This document shows positions 27,527 to 36,136 of a DNA stretch of 61,873 nucleotides, in pieces. The DNA comes from an uncultured Candidatus Saccharibacteria bacterium. Its GTDB lineage: Bacteria; Patescibacteriota; Minisyncoccia; Minisyncoccales; CAZVLR01. The notes under the pieces are model-generated. The model did not search any database. It had not been told where the DNA came from and worked only from the letters and a program-made list of their open reading frames with translations. A program made the translations under genes and the position numbers. The stretch spans positions 1-61,873 of the forward strand of contig CAZVLR010000003.1 of assembly GCA_964628095.1 (NCBI GenBank). The letters are read 5' to 3'. Position 1 is the stretch's first letter; every line of letters starts with the position of its first letter.

Positions 27527-28774
27527 TTAGTCAATATTAAGCTTAATCCTAATCTTGGTTTCCTCGGGAATGGTTCTCAGCCAGACGGGAAAGGCCTGAA
27601 TTTGGACTTTTTTGATATTGGGCAGGTTTTCGATCAAAAGCCGGGCTTCATTCAGGGATTTGTCAAAAAGGCTTTTCTTCAACTCCCTAGTATCAATGTC
27701 TGAATATAATTTTGCCGTTATTTTAAGGCTCAAAATGATCTTACCGCTCTCATTATTAAACGATTCAACACTATAATCAACTTTTAAACTGTTATTATCC
27801 AGTTTTTTATCGTTATCCTGGTTTTTAATGCTGATTAATTGCTTTACGAATTCATCCAAATCAGCCTTTTTAAAAACAATGGCTTTGGACTTAACTTTCA
27901 ATTCATAGTCAAATTTATCGGCCAAAACCCCTGAAGAAACTGAAGAAGTTCCGGTTACCTCTTGAAAAACGCTGTCGGGAAAGAAAACATAATCTTGGGG
28001 GATTTTTTTAGCTAAAACCTCCTGGTTGTTTTTGTTTATCTTTTCCATTAAAACCGCCTGAGCTTGAACTAAATCATCGCTGCTCACCTGCGAAGACTGG
28101 CCCTTAAACCCGCCTTTCATGGCCGAAGAAGATTTGCCGTAAATACTGTAATACTGGGGCAGGCCCGATAAACCGGGCAGGGAAAACGTAGAGGGGCCGA
28201 TATTATAATCTTCGCCAGGCATATCAGCTTTTACTTCAACATCAGCAAAGCCTTTAGCCGGAACCACTACTTTGCTTTGAGAACGGAAATAAAGGACTTT
28301 TTCCAAGGGCGGCTGGAACCTGGTAGTGGCTTTTAACGTTTGGGCTAAATGATAATTGTTATAAATCCTAATGGTGCCAGTAGCGTATTCTTTATTTTCA
28401 ACCTTACCACTTGATGTAAATTGCTGGGAAGCCGTTTCTTCGTTTTCAAAAACCTTTCCCGGTATTATCTTGGCCAAAAAATCAGGCTGCTCTAAAGCCG
28501 TATCAACGCTGATTTTCTCCTCAAGGCTCAGATCTTCGGTTTCGGGCCAAATCTGGATTTCCACCCGGGAAAAAACTGCCTGGGAAAAAATAGCCACCGC
28601 CAGCAAGAACAATAGAATAAATATGAATATTTTTAAAAAAGGTTTTTTATGCTTTTTTTCAATTAAAACCGAGGCTTCTTTTTTATCAGAGTCTTTAGGG
28701 GTTTCTGGTATAAAAAAGGTAAAGGGCCTTTTTTTGGGCGGATATATGTCAATTATTTTTTTGGGTTGCGGCAT
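27527..28774 (-). CDS. Hypothetical single-pass membrane protein with a large extracytoplasmic domain
   Basis: 415 aa with a basic N-terminus, MPQPKKIIDIYPPKK, then one TM segment (FLKIFIFILLFLLAVAIF). Its start overlaps the stop of the upstream actin-like ATPase gene by 26 nt. Confidence 0.5.
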   Translation of the reverse strand: MPQPKKIIDIYPPKKRPFTFFIPETPKDSDKKEASVLIEKKHKKPFLKIFIFILLFLLAVAIFSQAVFSRVEIQIWPETEDLSLEEKISVDTALEQPDFLAKIIPGKVFENEETASQQFTSSGKVENKEYATGTIRIYNNYHLAQTLKATTRFQPPLEKVLYFRSQSKVVVPAKGFADVEVKADMPGEDYNIGPSTFSLPGLSGLPQYYSIYGKSSSAMKGGFKGQSSQVSSDDLVQAQAVLMEKINKNNQEVLAKKIPQDYVFFPDSVFQEVTGTSSVSSGVLADKFDYELKVKSKAIVFKKADLDEFVKQLISIKNQDNDKKLDNNSLKVDYSVESFNNESGKIILSLKITAKLYSDIDTRELKKSLFDKSLNEARLLIENLPNIKKVQIQAFPVWLRTIPEETKIRIKLNID

Positions 28775-29969
28775 AAAAAATTAAAAATAGCGGGGTAAAT
28801 TGCGGATTATTTTCGAATGTTTTATTAACTTCTTTAAAATCAAGTTTAAAATCAGGCTTTAGCGAAAATAAATCTTTTGGCGTAAGATAGCTGATTTCGG
28901 GCTCGCTGGAAAAATACATCCCCTGCTTTACCGCATCCTTTATTCCTTTTAATTCAGGCAAAACACTGCTTCCGCCAAAAAAATAAAACTTGCTGGGCAG
29001 CAGCTTTCCCTTGCCAAAGCCTTCCAGACAAAGCTGCAATTCTTTAAACCAGGCGTCGAAACAGGGCTTTAAAATCTCTCTGGCTTTAAAATCTGATTCG
29101 TGGCTCAGCTCCCCGTTGGCATATTTTTCTTTAAACACCCGGGCCTCAGCCTCTAATAAGCCGAGTTTTTCCGAAAAAACTTTGGAAACATCCCGGCCGC
29201 CGGTTTTCAATTCTTCGCTGTTTTCTAGCTTTCCTTTTTGTAAAAGATATACCTGGGTGGTATCTCCGCCAAAATCCAGGAAAATTCCGTTATCGATATT
29301 ATTTAAAAAATAGCTAAATCCTTGGGTTAAATGCAAAATTTCGCTTTCTCTGCTCTTTTTTTTAACCAAGCTCTTTACTGTTTTTACAATTTTTTCCAAA
29401 CGCTCTTTTAGGGCAAAAATCGCAGACACTTTAAACTCTAAATTCTCTCCTTTATAGCCTTTTAAGCCAGGCACCTGATAGCCGTCGATTTCAATGTTTA
29501 AAATTTCATGATTTAAAAAAACCAGGTCTTCTCGCAAAATGCCAAAATTATCAAAAAAGCTTTTGGAAATTTTAACCTTGATACTTTTTAAAGCCTTCTC
29601 TTTAATTTCTTTTTCTTCTTTCTCGGTAATTATCTTTGAAACCGATCCCCTTTTAAAAAATCCTGTTTCAACGCCGTATTTTAGTATTTCAGGCGACAGC
29701 GTTAAAACAATTCTTCCGATATTCCCTGAACGCATTTTCCCCGATCGGCTTAAAAGGCTGTTAAGCGCTTTTAAAAGGGCTTTTTCCAGCACCTCGTGTT
29801 CGAAATCACGGCCCTCAAAAACTCCGTAACGGTCAAAATACTCCAAGGCAAGACTTAATACTTTTATCTCCTTCTCTTTTTTTTCAAAAACAGCGCCTTT
29901 TATCGCTTCCGAACCAATATCCAAAACTAAAAATGTTTCTTCTTTTTTCCCAAAAGAAAAACTTATCAT
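28749..29969 (-). CDS. Actin-fold (ASKHA) ATPase, FtsA/PilM-like
   Basis: Phosphate-1 motif FLVLDIGSEAIKGAVF and phosphate-2-like FLDFGGDTTQVYL. 406 aa. Confidence 0.55.
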   Translation of the reverse strand: MISFSFGKKEETFLVLDIGSEAIKGAVFEKKEKEIKVLSLALEYFDRYGVFEGRDFEHEVLEKALLKALNSLLSRSGKMRSGNIGRIVLTLSPEILKYGVETGFFKRGSVSKIITEKEEKEIKEKALKSIKVKISKSFFDNFGILREDLVFLNHEILNIEIDGYQVPGLKGYKGENLEFKVSAIFALKERLEKIVKTVKSLVKKKSRESEILHLTQGFSYFLNNIDNGIFLDFGGDTTQVYLLQKGKLENSEELKTGGRDVSKVFSEKLGLLEAEARVFKEKYANGELSHESDFKAREILKPCFDAWFKELQLCLEGFGKGKLLPSKFYFFGGSSVLPELKGIKDAVKQGMYFSSEPEISYLTPKDLFSLKPDFKLDFKEVNKTFENNPQFTPLFLIFYAATQKNN

Positions 29970-30013
29970 TATCTTAATTCTATCACAAAGAGCTCTTAAT
30001 GGAAAAATTTAAC

Positions 30014-31825
30014 CTATTTTAAAACGGCTTTAATCCGCCTGACGCCCTGGCTGCAAGCCTCTTCTTTTTGAATTTTAAATTCGCCCAATTCCAGGGTGTT
30101 TTTAACGTGGGGGCCGCCGCAAATTTCCTTGGAAAAACCGCCGATCGTATAAACTTTCACCCTTTCTCCGTATTTGGAATCGAAAACGCCCATCGCGCCC
30201 TGTTTTTTAGCTTCAACCAGCGTCATTTCCTCCATAGTTACAAGCAAACCTTCTTTAATTTTACTGTTTACCAAGTCTTCAACCCTCTTTATCTGCTCTG
30301 GAGTCATTTTTTCATTATGGGAAAAATCAAACCTTAAGCGCTCAGAGGTAATATTGGAACCCTTTTGAAAAACATGAGAACCCAACACCTCTCTTAAAGC
30401 GGCTAATAATAAATGATTGCAGGTGTGATAGCGGGTTACCTGTTCGGAATGATCGGCCAACCCCCCTTTGAATTTTTGATCCAAGTCCGCACGGGAAATA
30501 TCTTGATGTTTGGCCAACTCTTTAAGATATCCTTCCTTATCGATTTTAAGATTTTCTTCACGGGCCAACTCTTCGGTTAGTTCTAAAGGAAAACCGTATG
30601 ATTGGTATAAATCAAAAACGACTTTACCCGAAAGAATGCCTGCTTTTTCTTTCCCAAGTTCGGTTTTGAATTGCTTTAAGCCCCGCTCTAAAGTTTGAGC
30701 AAATTTATCTTCTTCTCCAATCAACTGATTTTTGATAAAATCTTTGTTTTTAACCAGTTCGGGGTAATCGTCCTGATAAATATTAATTACCTTTTCAGCA
30801 ATTTGCGAGGTAAAAGCTTTTTTAATTCCTAATTGCTTTCCGTATCTTACCGCCCGGCGGATCAAGCGCCTTAAAACATAGCCCCGCTCAACATTTGAAG
30901 GCTCCAAATTTTCTGCCAGCATAAAAACTGCGGCTTTTATGTGATCGGCAATAATCCGAAATTCTTTTTCTTTCTCGTTGTAATTAACGCCGGAAATTTC
31001 AGAGATATTTTTAATAAGCGGCAAAAAAACATCGGTTTCAAAAACGTTGGCTTTTTTATTCAAAACCGCCACAGTTCTTTCCAGCCCCATGCCCGTATCA
31101 ACATTGGGCTTTGCCAGTTTTTCATATTGCCCCTCAACGGTTTTGTTAAACTCCATAAAAACGTCGTTCCAGATTTCAATTAATCTAAAGCCATCAACTA
31201 AGTCGGAAAACTTTCCAACCGGCTTCCCTTCTTCTGGCCTGGTATCATAAAACATTTCCGTATCACCGCCGCAGGGACCGGTAATGCCTGCTATCCAAAA
31301 ATTATCTTTCACCCCCAAAGGAATAATCCGCATACCGTCTTTTATAGCTTCATCGTTAGCCACACCAAAAGATAAGCTTTCTTTTTCAAAAATACTTTGC
31401 CAAACAGAAATCGCTTCCTGGTCTCGAGGAATACCCTGCTCTCCTTTAAAAACCGTAACGTAAATCCTTTCCTTGTCCAGGCCCAGCCATTTTTTATCAG
31501 TTAAAAACTCCCAGCTCCATTCGATCGCTTCTTTTTTAAAATAATCTCCCAAAGACCAATTGCCCAACATTTCAAAAAAGGTTAAATGCCGATTATCACC
31601 CACATCATCAATATCCACAGTTCTAATGCATTTTTGGCAATTAGCTAGTTTTTTCCCACCCGGATGTTTCTCGCCTAATAAAAAAGGCACCAATGGGTGC
31701 ATGCCGGCTGTCGTAAAAAGCACGGTGGGATCGTGCTCGGGAATTAAAGGAGCTGAAGGCAAAATGGTGTGGCCTTTTTCCTTAAAAAACTCCAGGTATT
31801 TTCTTCTTAATTCTTTTGAATCCAT
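30014..31825 (-). CDS. alaS: Alanine--tRNA ligase, short form lacking the C-Ala/DHHA1 domain
   Basis: MDSKELRRKYLEFFKEKGH...FTTAGM, GNWSLGDYFK, and the editing-domain motifs HTCNHLL and CGGPHV. The start is uncertain: ATG at 31825, ATG at 31852 or TTG at 31864. Confidence 0.88.
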   Translation of the reverse strand: MDSKELRRKYLEFFKEKGHTILPSAPLIPEHDPTVLFTTAGMHPLVPFLLGEKHPGGKKLANCQKCIRTVDIDDVGDNRHLTFFEMLGNWSLGDYFKKEAIEWSWEFLTDKKWLGLDKERIYVTVFKGEQGIPRDQEAISVWQSIFEKESLSFGVANDEAIKDGMRIIPLGVKDNFWIAGITGPCGGDTEMFYDTRPEEGKPVGKFSDLVDGFRLIEIWNDVFMEFNKTVEGQYEKLAKPNVDTGMGLERTVAVLNKKANVFETDVFLPLIKNISEISGVNYNEKEKEFRIIADHIKAAVFMLAENLEPSNVERGYVLRRLIRRAVRYGKQLGIKKAFTSQIAEKVINIYQDDYPELVKNKDFIKNQLIGEEDKFAQTLERGLKQFKTELGKEKAGILSGKVVFDLYQSYGFPLELTEELAREENLKIDKEGYLKELAKHQDISRADLDQKFKGGLADHSEQVTRYHTCNHLLLAALREVLGSHVFQKGSNITSERLRFDFSHNEKMTPEQIKRVEDLVNSKIKEGLLVTMEEMTLVEAKKQGAMGVFDSKYGERVKVYTIGGFSKEICGGPHVKNTLELGEFKIQKEEACSQGVRRIKAVLK

Positions 31826-31863
31826 AGTATACTTTATCGTACTAAAAAACATGGGTTTTTTCA

Positions 31864-31898
31864 AATAAAAAAGCTGCTCGTAAGAAGTAAAGCAGCTT
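31864..31898 (-). terminator. Intrinsic terminator after the 111-aa membrane-protein gene
   Basis: The minus strand reads AAGCTGCT-(12 nt)-AGCAGCTT followed by TTTTTATTT. Confidence 0.7.
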
Positions 31899-31932
31899 TA
31901 TTTTGTTGTTATCCTATTAATTACAGATAATA

Positions 31933-32268
31933 TTATAATACAAAATTCACCACATACATTGTCGTAATAATAGAGATAATCATACCTGCCATCAACGCAC
32001 CGAATCTGGGAGCTGGAATTTGGTCAGTTACTTCAAAAGCTGTGCCAAGGCCGGTATATTCAACATGGTACGACCCGAAGCCAAAATTTGTTGCTATCAT
32101 TCCAATAAAAGAAAAAAAACATACTATAACAAATATCGGAATAAAAATCATTGTAAACTTTCCCCCATTATGGTTGGCAATAAATGCAAGGGAGAAAAGA
32201 GAAATAACACACCCCAGGGAAAAATAGGTTAACCATTTGGCCAAAAAATCTTTCTGTTCGTATTTCAT
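31933..32268 (-). CDS. Small hypothetical membrane protein (3-4 TM)
   Basis: 111-aa hydrophobic ORF. GGAGGG lies 5 nt upstream of the ATG. It has its own consensus promoter and terminator. Confidence 0.6.
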   Translation of the reverse strand: MKYEQKDFLAKWLTYFSLGCVISLFSLAFIANHNGGKFTMIFIPIFVIVCFFSFIGMIATNFGFGSYHVEYTGLGTAFEVTDQIPAPRFGALMAGMIISIITTMYVVNFVL

Positions 32269-32337
32269 AATGCCCTCCGTAAACCTTCTAGGATTGTTAA
32301 TTTATCTATTTTAAATTGACAATTTTATGCTGTTATT

Positions 32338-32366
32338 ATTATAAGACTATATTTTATTTTTGTCAA
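32338..32366 (-). promoter_or_regulatory. Consensus sigma-70 promoter for the 111-aa membrane-protein gene
   Basis: On the minus strand, TTGACA (32361-32366), a 17-nt spacer, then TATAAT (32338-32343). Confidence 0.7.
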
Positions 32367-32370
32367 TAGA

Positions 32371-32883
32371 TTAAGTGAACCGGTCGGCCACCACTGAAGC
32401 CACGTAGGATTCGGGCTTTATCTTGGGTTCAAAGCCATTACCCCGAATCAGCCCCGCTACTTCTTTAATCATGTCTTTGGTTTGGCCGTTTTCCCCCACG
32501 TCCGCATGGATATAGCGGAAATCAAAATTCAAAACATCTGGCAACTCTTTGGATTTTTTATCAATACTTTCTTTTAAAAATAAGGCGAACTCGCAAGACA
32601 ACATTACTTCGTTTAAAATCCGCTGCCGCCAGCTGTAAAATTTACGTTCAGAAGCATAATGTATTTTCTTGATAAAAAACCGGCCGCCTTCACCCTTTCT
32701 CAAAACCACCACCACCAGGGGGAAACAAGGCTCCTCGCTCGAAGACGAATCGCAGCCTACTACAATATCATAAAAACGCTCGGGCTTTTCTTGAATGTAT
32801 AGAAATATTTCTTCCACTACTTGAAAGATGGTAAGATTTCCTTTTGAAGGATTGTAAAAATGACCATTGATGAATTTTTCCAT
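32371..32883 (-). CDS. Hypothetical protein, possibly a YkuK/DUF458 RNase-H-like fold
   Basis: 170 aa. The FYDIVVGCDSS block resembles the DUF458 family as I recall it. This is a weak call. Confidence 0.4.
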   Translation of the reverse strand: MEKFINGHFYNPSKGNLTIFQVVEEIFLYIQEKPERFYDIVVGCDSSSSEEPCFPLVVVVLRKGEGGRFFIKKIHYASERKFYSWRQRILNEVMLSCEFALFLKESIDKKSKELPDVLNFDFRYIHADVGENGQTKDMIKEVAGLIRGNGFEPKIKPESYVASVVADRFT

Positions 32884-32916
32884 GAATAGTTTAAAATATC
32901 AAAATTGAGGAAATTG

Positions 32917-33651
32917 TCAAAGAACGTTTTTAATTATTTTTAAAAACTCCTCGGCTTTTAAAGAAGCACCGCCTACCAACAAACCGTTAAAATTACCTTC
33001 TTTAATATAAGAAAAGGCATTTTCCGAATTAACGCTGCCCCCGTAAAGAACCGGCGTGTTTTTAGCCAAATTTAAAGAATAAAGCTTTGTCACCACTTCC
33101 CTTATAAAATCAGCTGCTTCTTTGGCCTTTTCTGTTTCGCAGGAAATGCCCGTGCCAATAGCCCAAACCGGTTCGTAGGCCAAAATAATATTCCCAAGCT
33201 CGGCTTCTTTAACTCCATCCAAACCCCTTTCAATTTGAGACAACAATACTTTTTTGGTAATGTTGTTTTCCCGCTCCTCTTTGGTTTCGCCAATGCAGAA
33301 AATCGGCTTTAAATTAGCCCTTAACGCCGCCTTTATTTTTTTATTAATCAATTCATCGCTCTCGCCAAAAATCTTTCTTCGCTCAGAATGACCTAAAATT
33401 ATATATTCGCACCCGGCGTCTTTTAGCATCAAAGGCGATATCTCGCCGGTAAAAGCGCCTTTTTCCTCAAAAAACAAATTCTGGGCGCCCTTTTTAATGT
33501 CTTTAACCAAAGATAAATAAACAAAAGGCGGGCAGATAACCACCTGTTCTCTGTTTTTTACAGTCTCTTTATTAATTGAATCCAAAAGCTCCTTAGTCTT
33601 ATCAGAAGTTTCAGGATTCATTTTCCAATTGGCTACAATTAAAGGTTTCAT
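32917..33651 (-). CDS. tpiA: Triosephosphate isomerase
   Basis: VANWKMN, ILGHSERR, AYEPVWAIGTG and YGGSV. Confidence 0.93.
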   Translation of the reverse strand: MKPLIVANWKMNPETSDKTKELLDSINKETVKNREQVVICPPFVYLSLVKDIKKGAQNLFFEEKGAFTGEISPLMLKDAGCEYIILGHSERRKIFGESDELINKKIKAALRANLKPIFCIGETKEERENNITKKVLLSQIERGLDGVKEAELGNIILAYEPVWAIGTGISCETEKAKEAADFIREVVTKLYSLNLAKNTPVLYGGSVNSENAFSYIKEGNFNGLLVGGASLKAEEFLKIIKNVL

Positions 33652-33663
33652 AATTTAAAATTA

Positions 33664-34701
33664 TTAATATTTTCTCAAATATTCGGCTGCTTTCTCTGGC
33701 TCGATCACGGAAATCTCCATGCGAGTGCCGATTTCAAACCCGGCCCAAATAGAGGTTTTGGGCAATATCGTCCAATGCCAGTGGTAAGCCGGATATTCCT
33801 TACCGTCGCAAGGGGCGGTGTGCAGATAAAAATTATATGGCGGATCGTTTAAGGCTTTATAAAGTTTTTCCAAAGAAGCCTTTAAAGCTTGGGCCAATTG
33901 TATTTTCTCTTCATCGTTAATTTTTTCAAAGTAAGGCGAGTGTTTTTTGGGGGAAACAATTATTTCAAAGGCGGATTTGGAAGCAAAAGGACAAAGCGCC
34001 AAAAACCCTTCGTTTTCAAAAATAACACGCGTCTTTTTTTCCATGTCTAATTTATCCATTTGGCAATATAAACAATGGCCGGTTTTTTGATAGTATTTTT
34101 TAGAATTAACCAAGGCATTCCTTAAATCAACATCTATCAAAGGCGTGGTAATAATTTGGGAATGATTATGCGGCTGGGAAGCGCCGGCTTCGGCCCCAAA
34201 ATTATGGAAAATTGAAATATAGCGGACAAACTTTTTTTCCATTAAGGCCAGGTACCTTAACTGGTAGCAATCAATCACCTCTTTCATTTCCTGCCAGGTT
34301 AACAAGGAAAAAGACTTTTCATGATCTCTAGTCACTACTAATTCGCAAAACCCCACCGCATTCATGGTTTCATACAAATCACCCTCTTTTTTCTTTTCAA
34401 ATTTGGGATTGGGCAATAAAGAAGGAAATTTGTTGGGCACCACAATCGTGGTCCAGTCTTTGGGTATTGTTCCTGAATAGTCTATTTTCTTGCCCGAATT
34501 AAAAATCAAAACCGGCTTTTCCTGCGTTTCGATGTTGCAAAAGGGGCAGTTTTCTTTTGGCACCTGCTGGGTCGCCCTTTTTTCCTGAGAAAACAATTCG
34601 GGCTTTTTCCCCCGGCCCGTGGCGATCACCACCCAGTCTTTTGAAGTTAAATCAAGCCTTAATTCTGAAGGAAATTTAATTTCTTTTTTGTTTTTTGCCA
34701 T
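33664..34701 (-). CDS. galT: Galactose-1-phosphate uridylyltransferase-like HIT-superfamily nucleotidyltransferase
   Basis: Zinc motif CPFC and the active-site HNHSQ (HxHxQ). A duplicated half-barrel layout is suggested by the second-half motif HWHW. Confidence 0.65.
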   Translation of the reverse strand: MAKNKKEIKFPSELRLDLTSKDWVVIATGRGKKPELFSQEKRATQQVPKENCPFCNIETQEKPVLIFNSGKKIDYSGTIPKDWTTIVVPNKFPSLLPNPKFEKKKEGDLYETMNAVGFCELVVTRDHEKSFSLLTWQEMKEVIDCYQLRYLALMEKKFVRYISIFHNFGAEAGASQPHNHSQIITTPLIDVDLRNALVNSKKYYQKTGHCLYCQMDKLDMEKKTRVIFENEGFLALCPFASKSAFEIIVSPKKHSPYFEKINDEEKIQLAQALKASLEKLYKALNDPPYNFYLHTAPCDGKEYPAYHWHWTILPKTSIWAGFEIGTRMEISVIEPEKAAEYLRKY

Positions 34702-35425
34702 ATGCTCTTTTTGTTAAATTCCACCTGATTTTTACCAAATCTAAAGCCATTTTAATCATCGAGCTGAATTTTACCGTGCTGGCCAGATCATTTTTCCAAA
34801 TAATCGGAATTTCTTTTATCTTAAAGCCCTGCCTTTTGGCCACGATTAGAATTTCCGGATCAAAAGCAAAACGGTCGATCAGGCATTTGGGGAATACGGC
34901 TTTAGCCGCTTCTTTGGAAAAAGCTTTAAAACCGCACTGGGTATCCTCCACTCGCCACAAGCCCACCATTATCTTGCGGTATAATTTAAAAACATCGCCC
35001 ACAAAGCGCCGGAAAGCGGGCTGGGGCGGTTCAAGCTTGGCCCCCTTGGCGTCGCGCGAACCAATTACCACGCCAAAGCCTTCTTTAAAATAGGGCCACA
35101 TTTTTTCAACCTGATCTATTGAAGTGGAATTATCCGCATCAGTAAAAAGCCGGTATTTGCCTCTGGCCTCAAGCATACCCTGGCGCACCACATAACCCTT
35201 TCCGTGGTTTTGCTTGTTATCAATAACTTCTAAATTTTTAATTGCCGCCTTTTTCTGGCACACCACTTGGGCGGTTTCGTCTTTTGAGCCATCTGAAACC
35301 ACCAGGATTTCATAAGAATAATCCTGTTTTAACAGATAACTGTTAATCTCGTCCAGAGTTTTTAGAATTCTTTTAGCTTCATTGTAGGCCGGTATGACCA
35401 CCGACAAATAAATTTCTTCTTCCAT
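34676..35425 (-). CDS. Family 2 glycosyltransferase (dolichyl/polyprenyl-phosphate glycosyltransferase-like)
   Basis: LSVVIPAYNE...VVSDGSKDET...TDADNS...QCGFKAF. Confidence 0.8.
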   Translation of the reverse strand: MEEEIYLSVVIPAYNEAKRILKTLDEINSYLLKQDYSYEILVVSDGSKDETAQVVCQKKAAIKNLEVIDNKQNHGKGYVVRQGMLEARGKYRLFTDADNSTSIDQVEKMWPYFKEGFGVVIGSRDAKGAKLEPPQPAFRRFVGDVFKLYRKIMVGLWRVEDTQCGFKAFSKEAAKAVFPKCLIDRFAFDPEILIVAKRQGFKIKEIPIIWKNDLASTVKFSSMIKMALDLVKIRWNLTKRAYGKKQKRN

Positions 35426-35455
35426 ATTAATTTATCTTATCATATTTTAAAGAAA

Positions 35456-35495
35456 ACAAAAAAGGCGCCTTTGCAAAAGCATTGGCGTCTTTTTA
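35456..35495. terminator. Intrinsic, probably bidirectional terminator after the small secreted-protein gene
   Basis: The minus strand reads GACGCCAATGC-TTTT-GCAAAGGCGCC (interrupted stem) followed by TTTTTTG. Confidence 0.55.
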
Positions 35496-35522
35496 TTAAA
35501 ATAGAGCAAGAGAGATAAAAAG

Positions 35523-36041
35523 TTAGTTGCAGCAGAATTCGTTATTGGTTTCTTTTGGGTGTTTCCGGCCCAGATCTTCCCAGCGGAAGTATCTTACATA
35601 ATACTTACCATCGGCTTTCTGGACCACTGTTTTAATGCCCCGGTCATTGTCGTCGATTACCGGAAAATCTCCGCCTTCGTAAATCTTTTCCCGGTCAGGC
35701 TCTGAAATGGCCCAATCAACGTAAGCAACCGCGTGGCGCTTCAAAGATACGCAATAACTGCTTTTGCCGCTATAAAACTCGGCAGAATCTTTTGCGTACT
35801 TTTTGGCGGCCTGCTGAACCTCTTCTTTTGACAGAATGGTCTTTCCTACTTCCGGATTTTTGGTGACATCCACGCCGTATGCTTCTTTAAAGGCTTGCTC
35901 GACGCTATTAACCGGCACCTTGATTTCTTTGCCATCGGGCGTCTTATGGATCACCACGATTTCTGCGCCGCGGGTAATGGAAGCAACCCCTAAAATGAAT
36001 ATGGTTGCCCAGATCAGTATGCAATAAAAATACAGTTTCAT
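35523..36041 (-). CDS. Small secreted protein of unknown function
   Basis: Trimmed to the ATG at 36039-36041, which is preceded by GAGGAGGA 6 nt upstream. Signal-peptide-like MKLYFYCILIWATIFILGVASITRGAE. The C-terminus ends EFCCN. Confidence 0.65.
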   Translation of the reverse strand: MKLYFYCILIWATIFILGVASITRGAEIVVIHKTPDGKEIKVPVNSVEQAFKEAYGVDVTKNPEVGKTILSKEEVQQAAKKYAKDSAEFYSGKSSYCVSLKRHAVAYVDWAISEPDREKIYEGGDFPVIDDNDRGIKTVVQKADGKYYVRYFRWEDLGRKHPKETNNEFCCN

Positions 36042-36107
36042 GTCTATTCCTCCTCTCAATGTTTGTTTTCTCTCTTGCCCTATAATGTTTTATTGTGTGC
36101 TGTATAT

Positions 36108-36136
36108 ATTATACTACAAAATTAGATATCTGTCAA
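36108..36136 (-). promoter_or_regulatory. Perfect consensus sigma-70 promoter for the secreted-protein gene
   Basis: On the minus strand, TTGACA (36131-36136, inside the last codons of map), a 17-nt spacer, then TATAAT (36108-36113). Confidence 0.75.
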
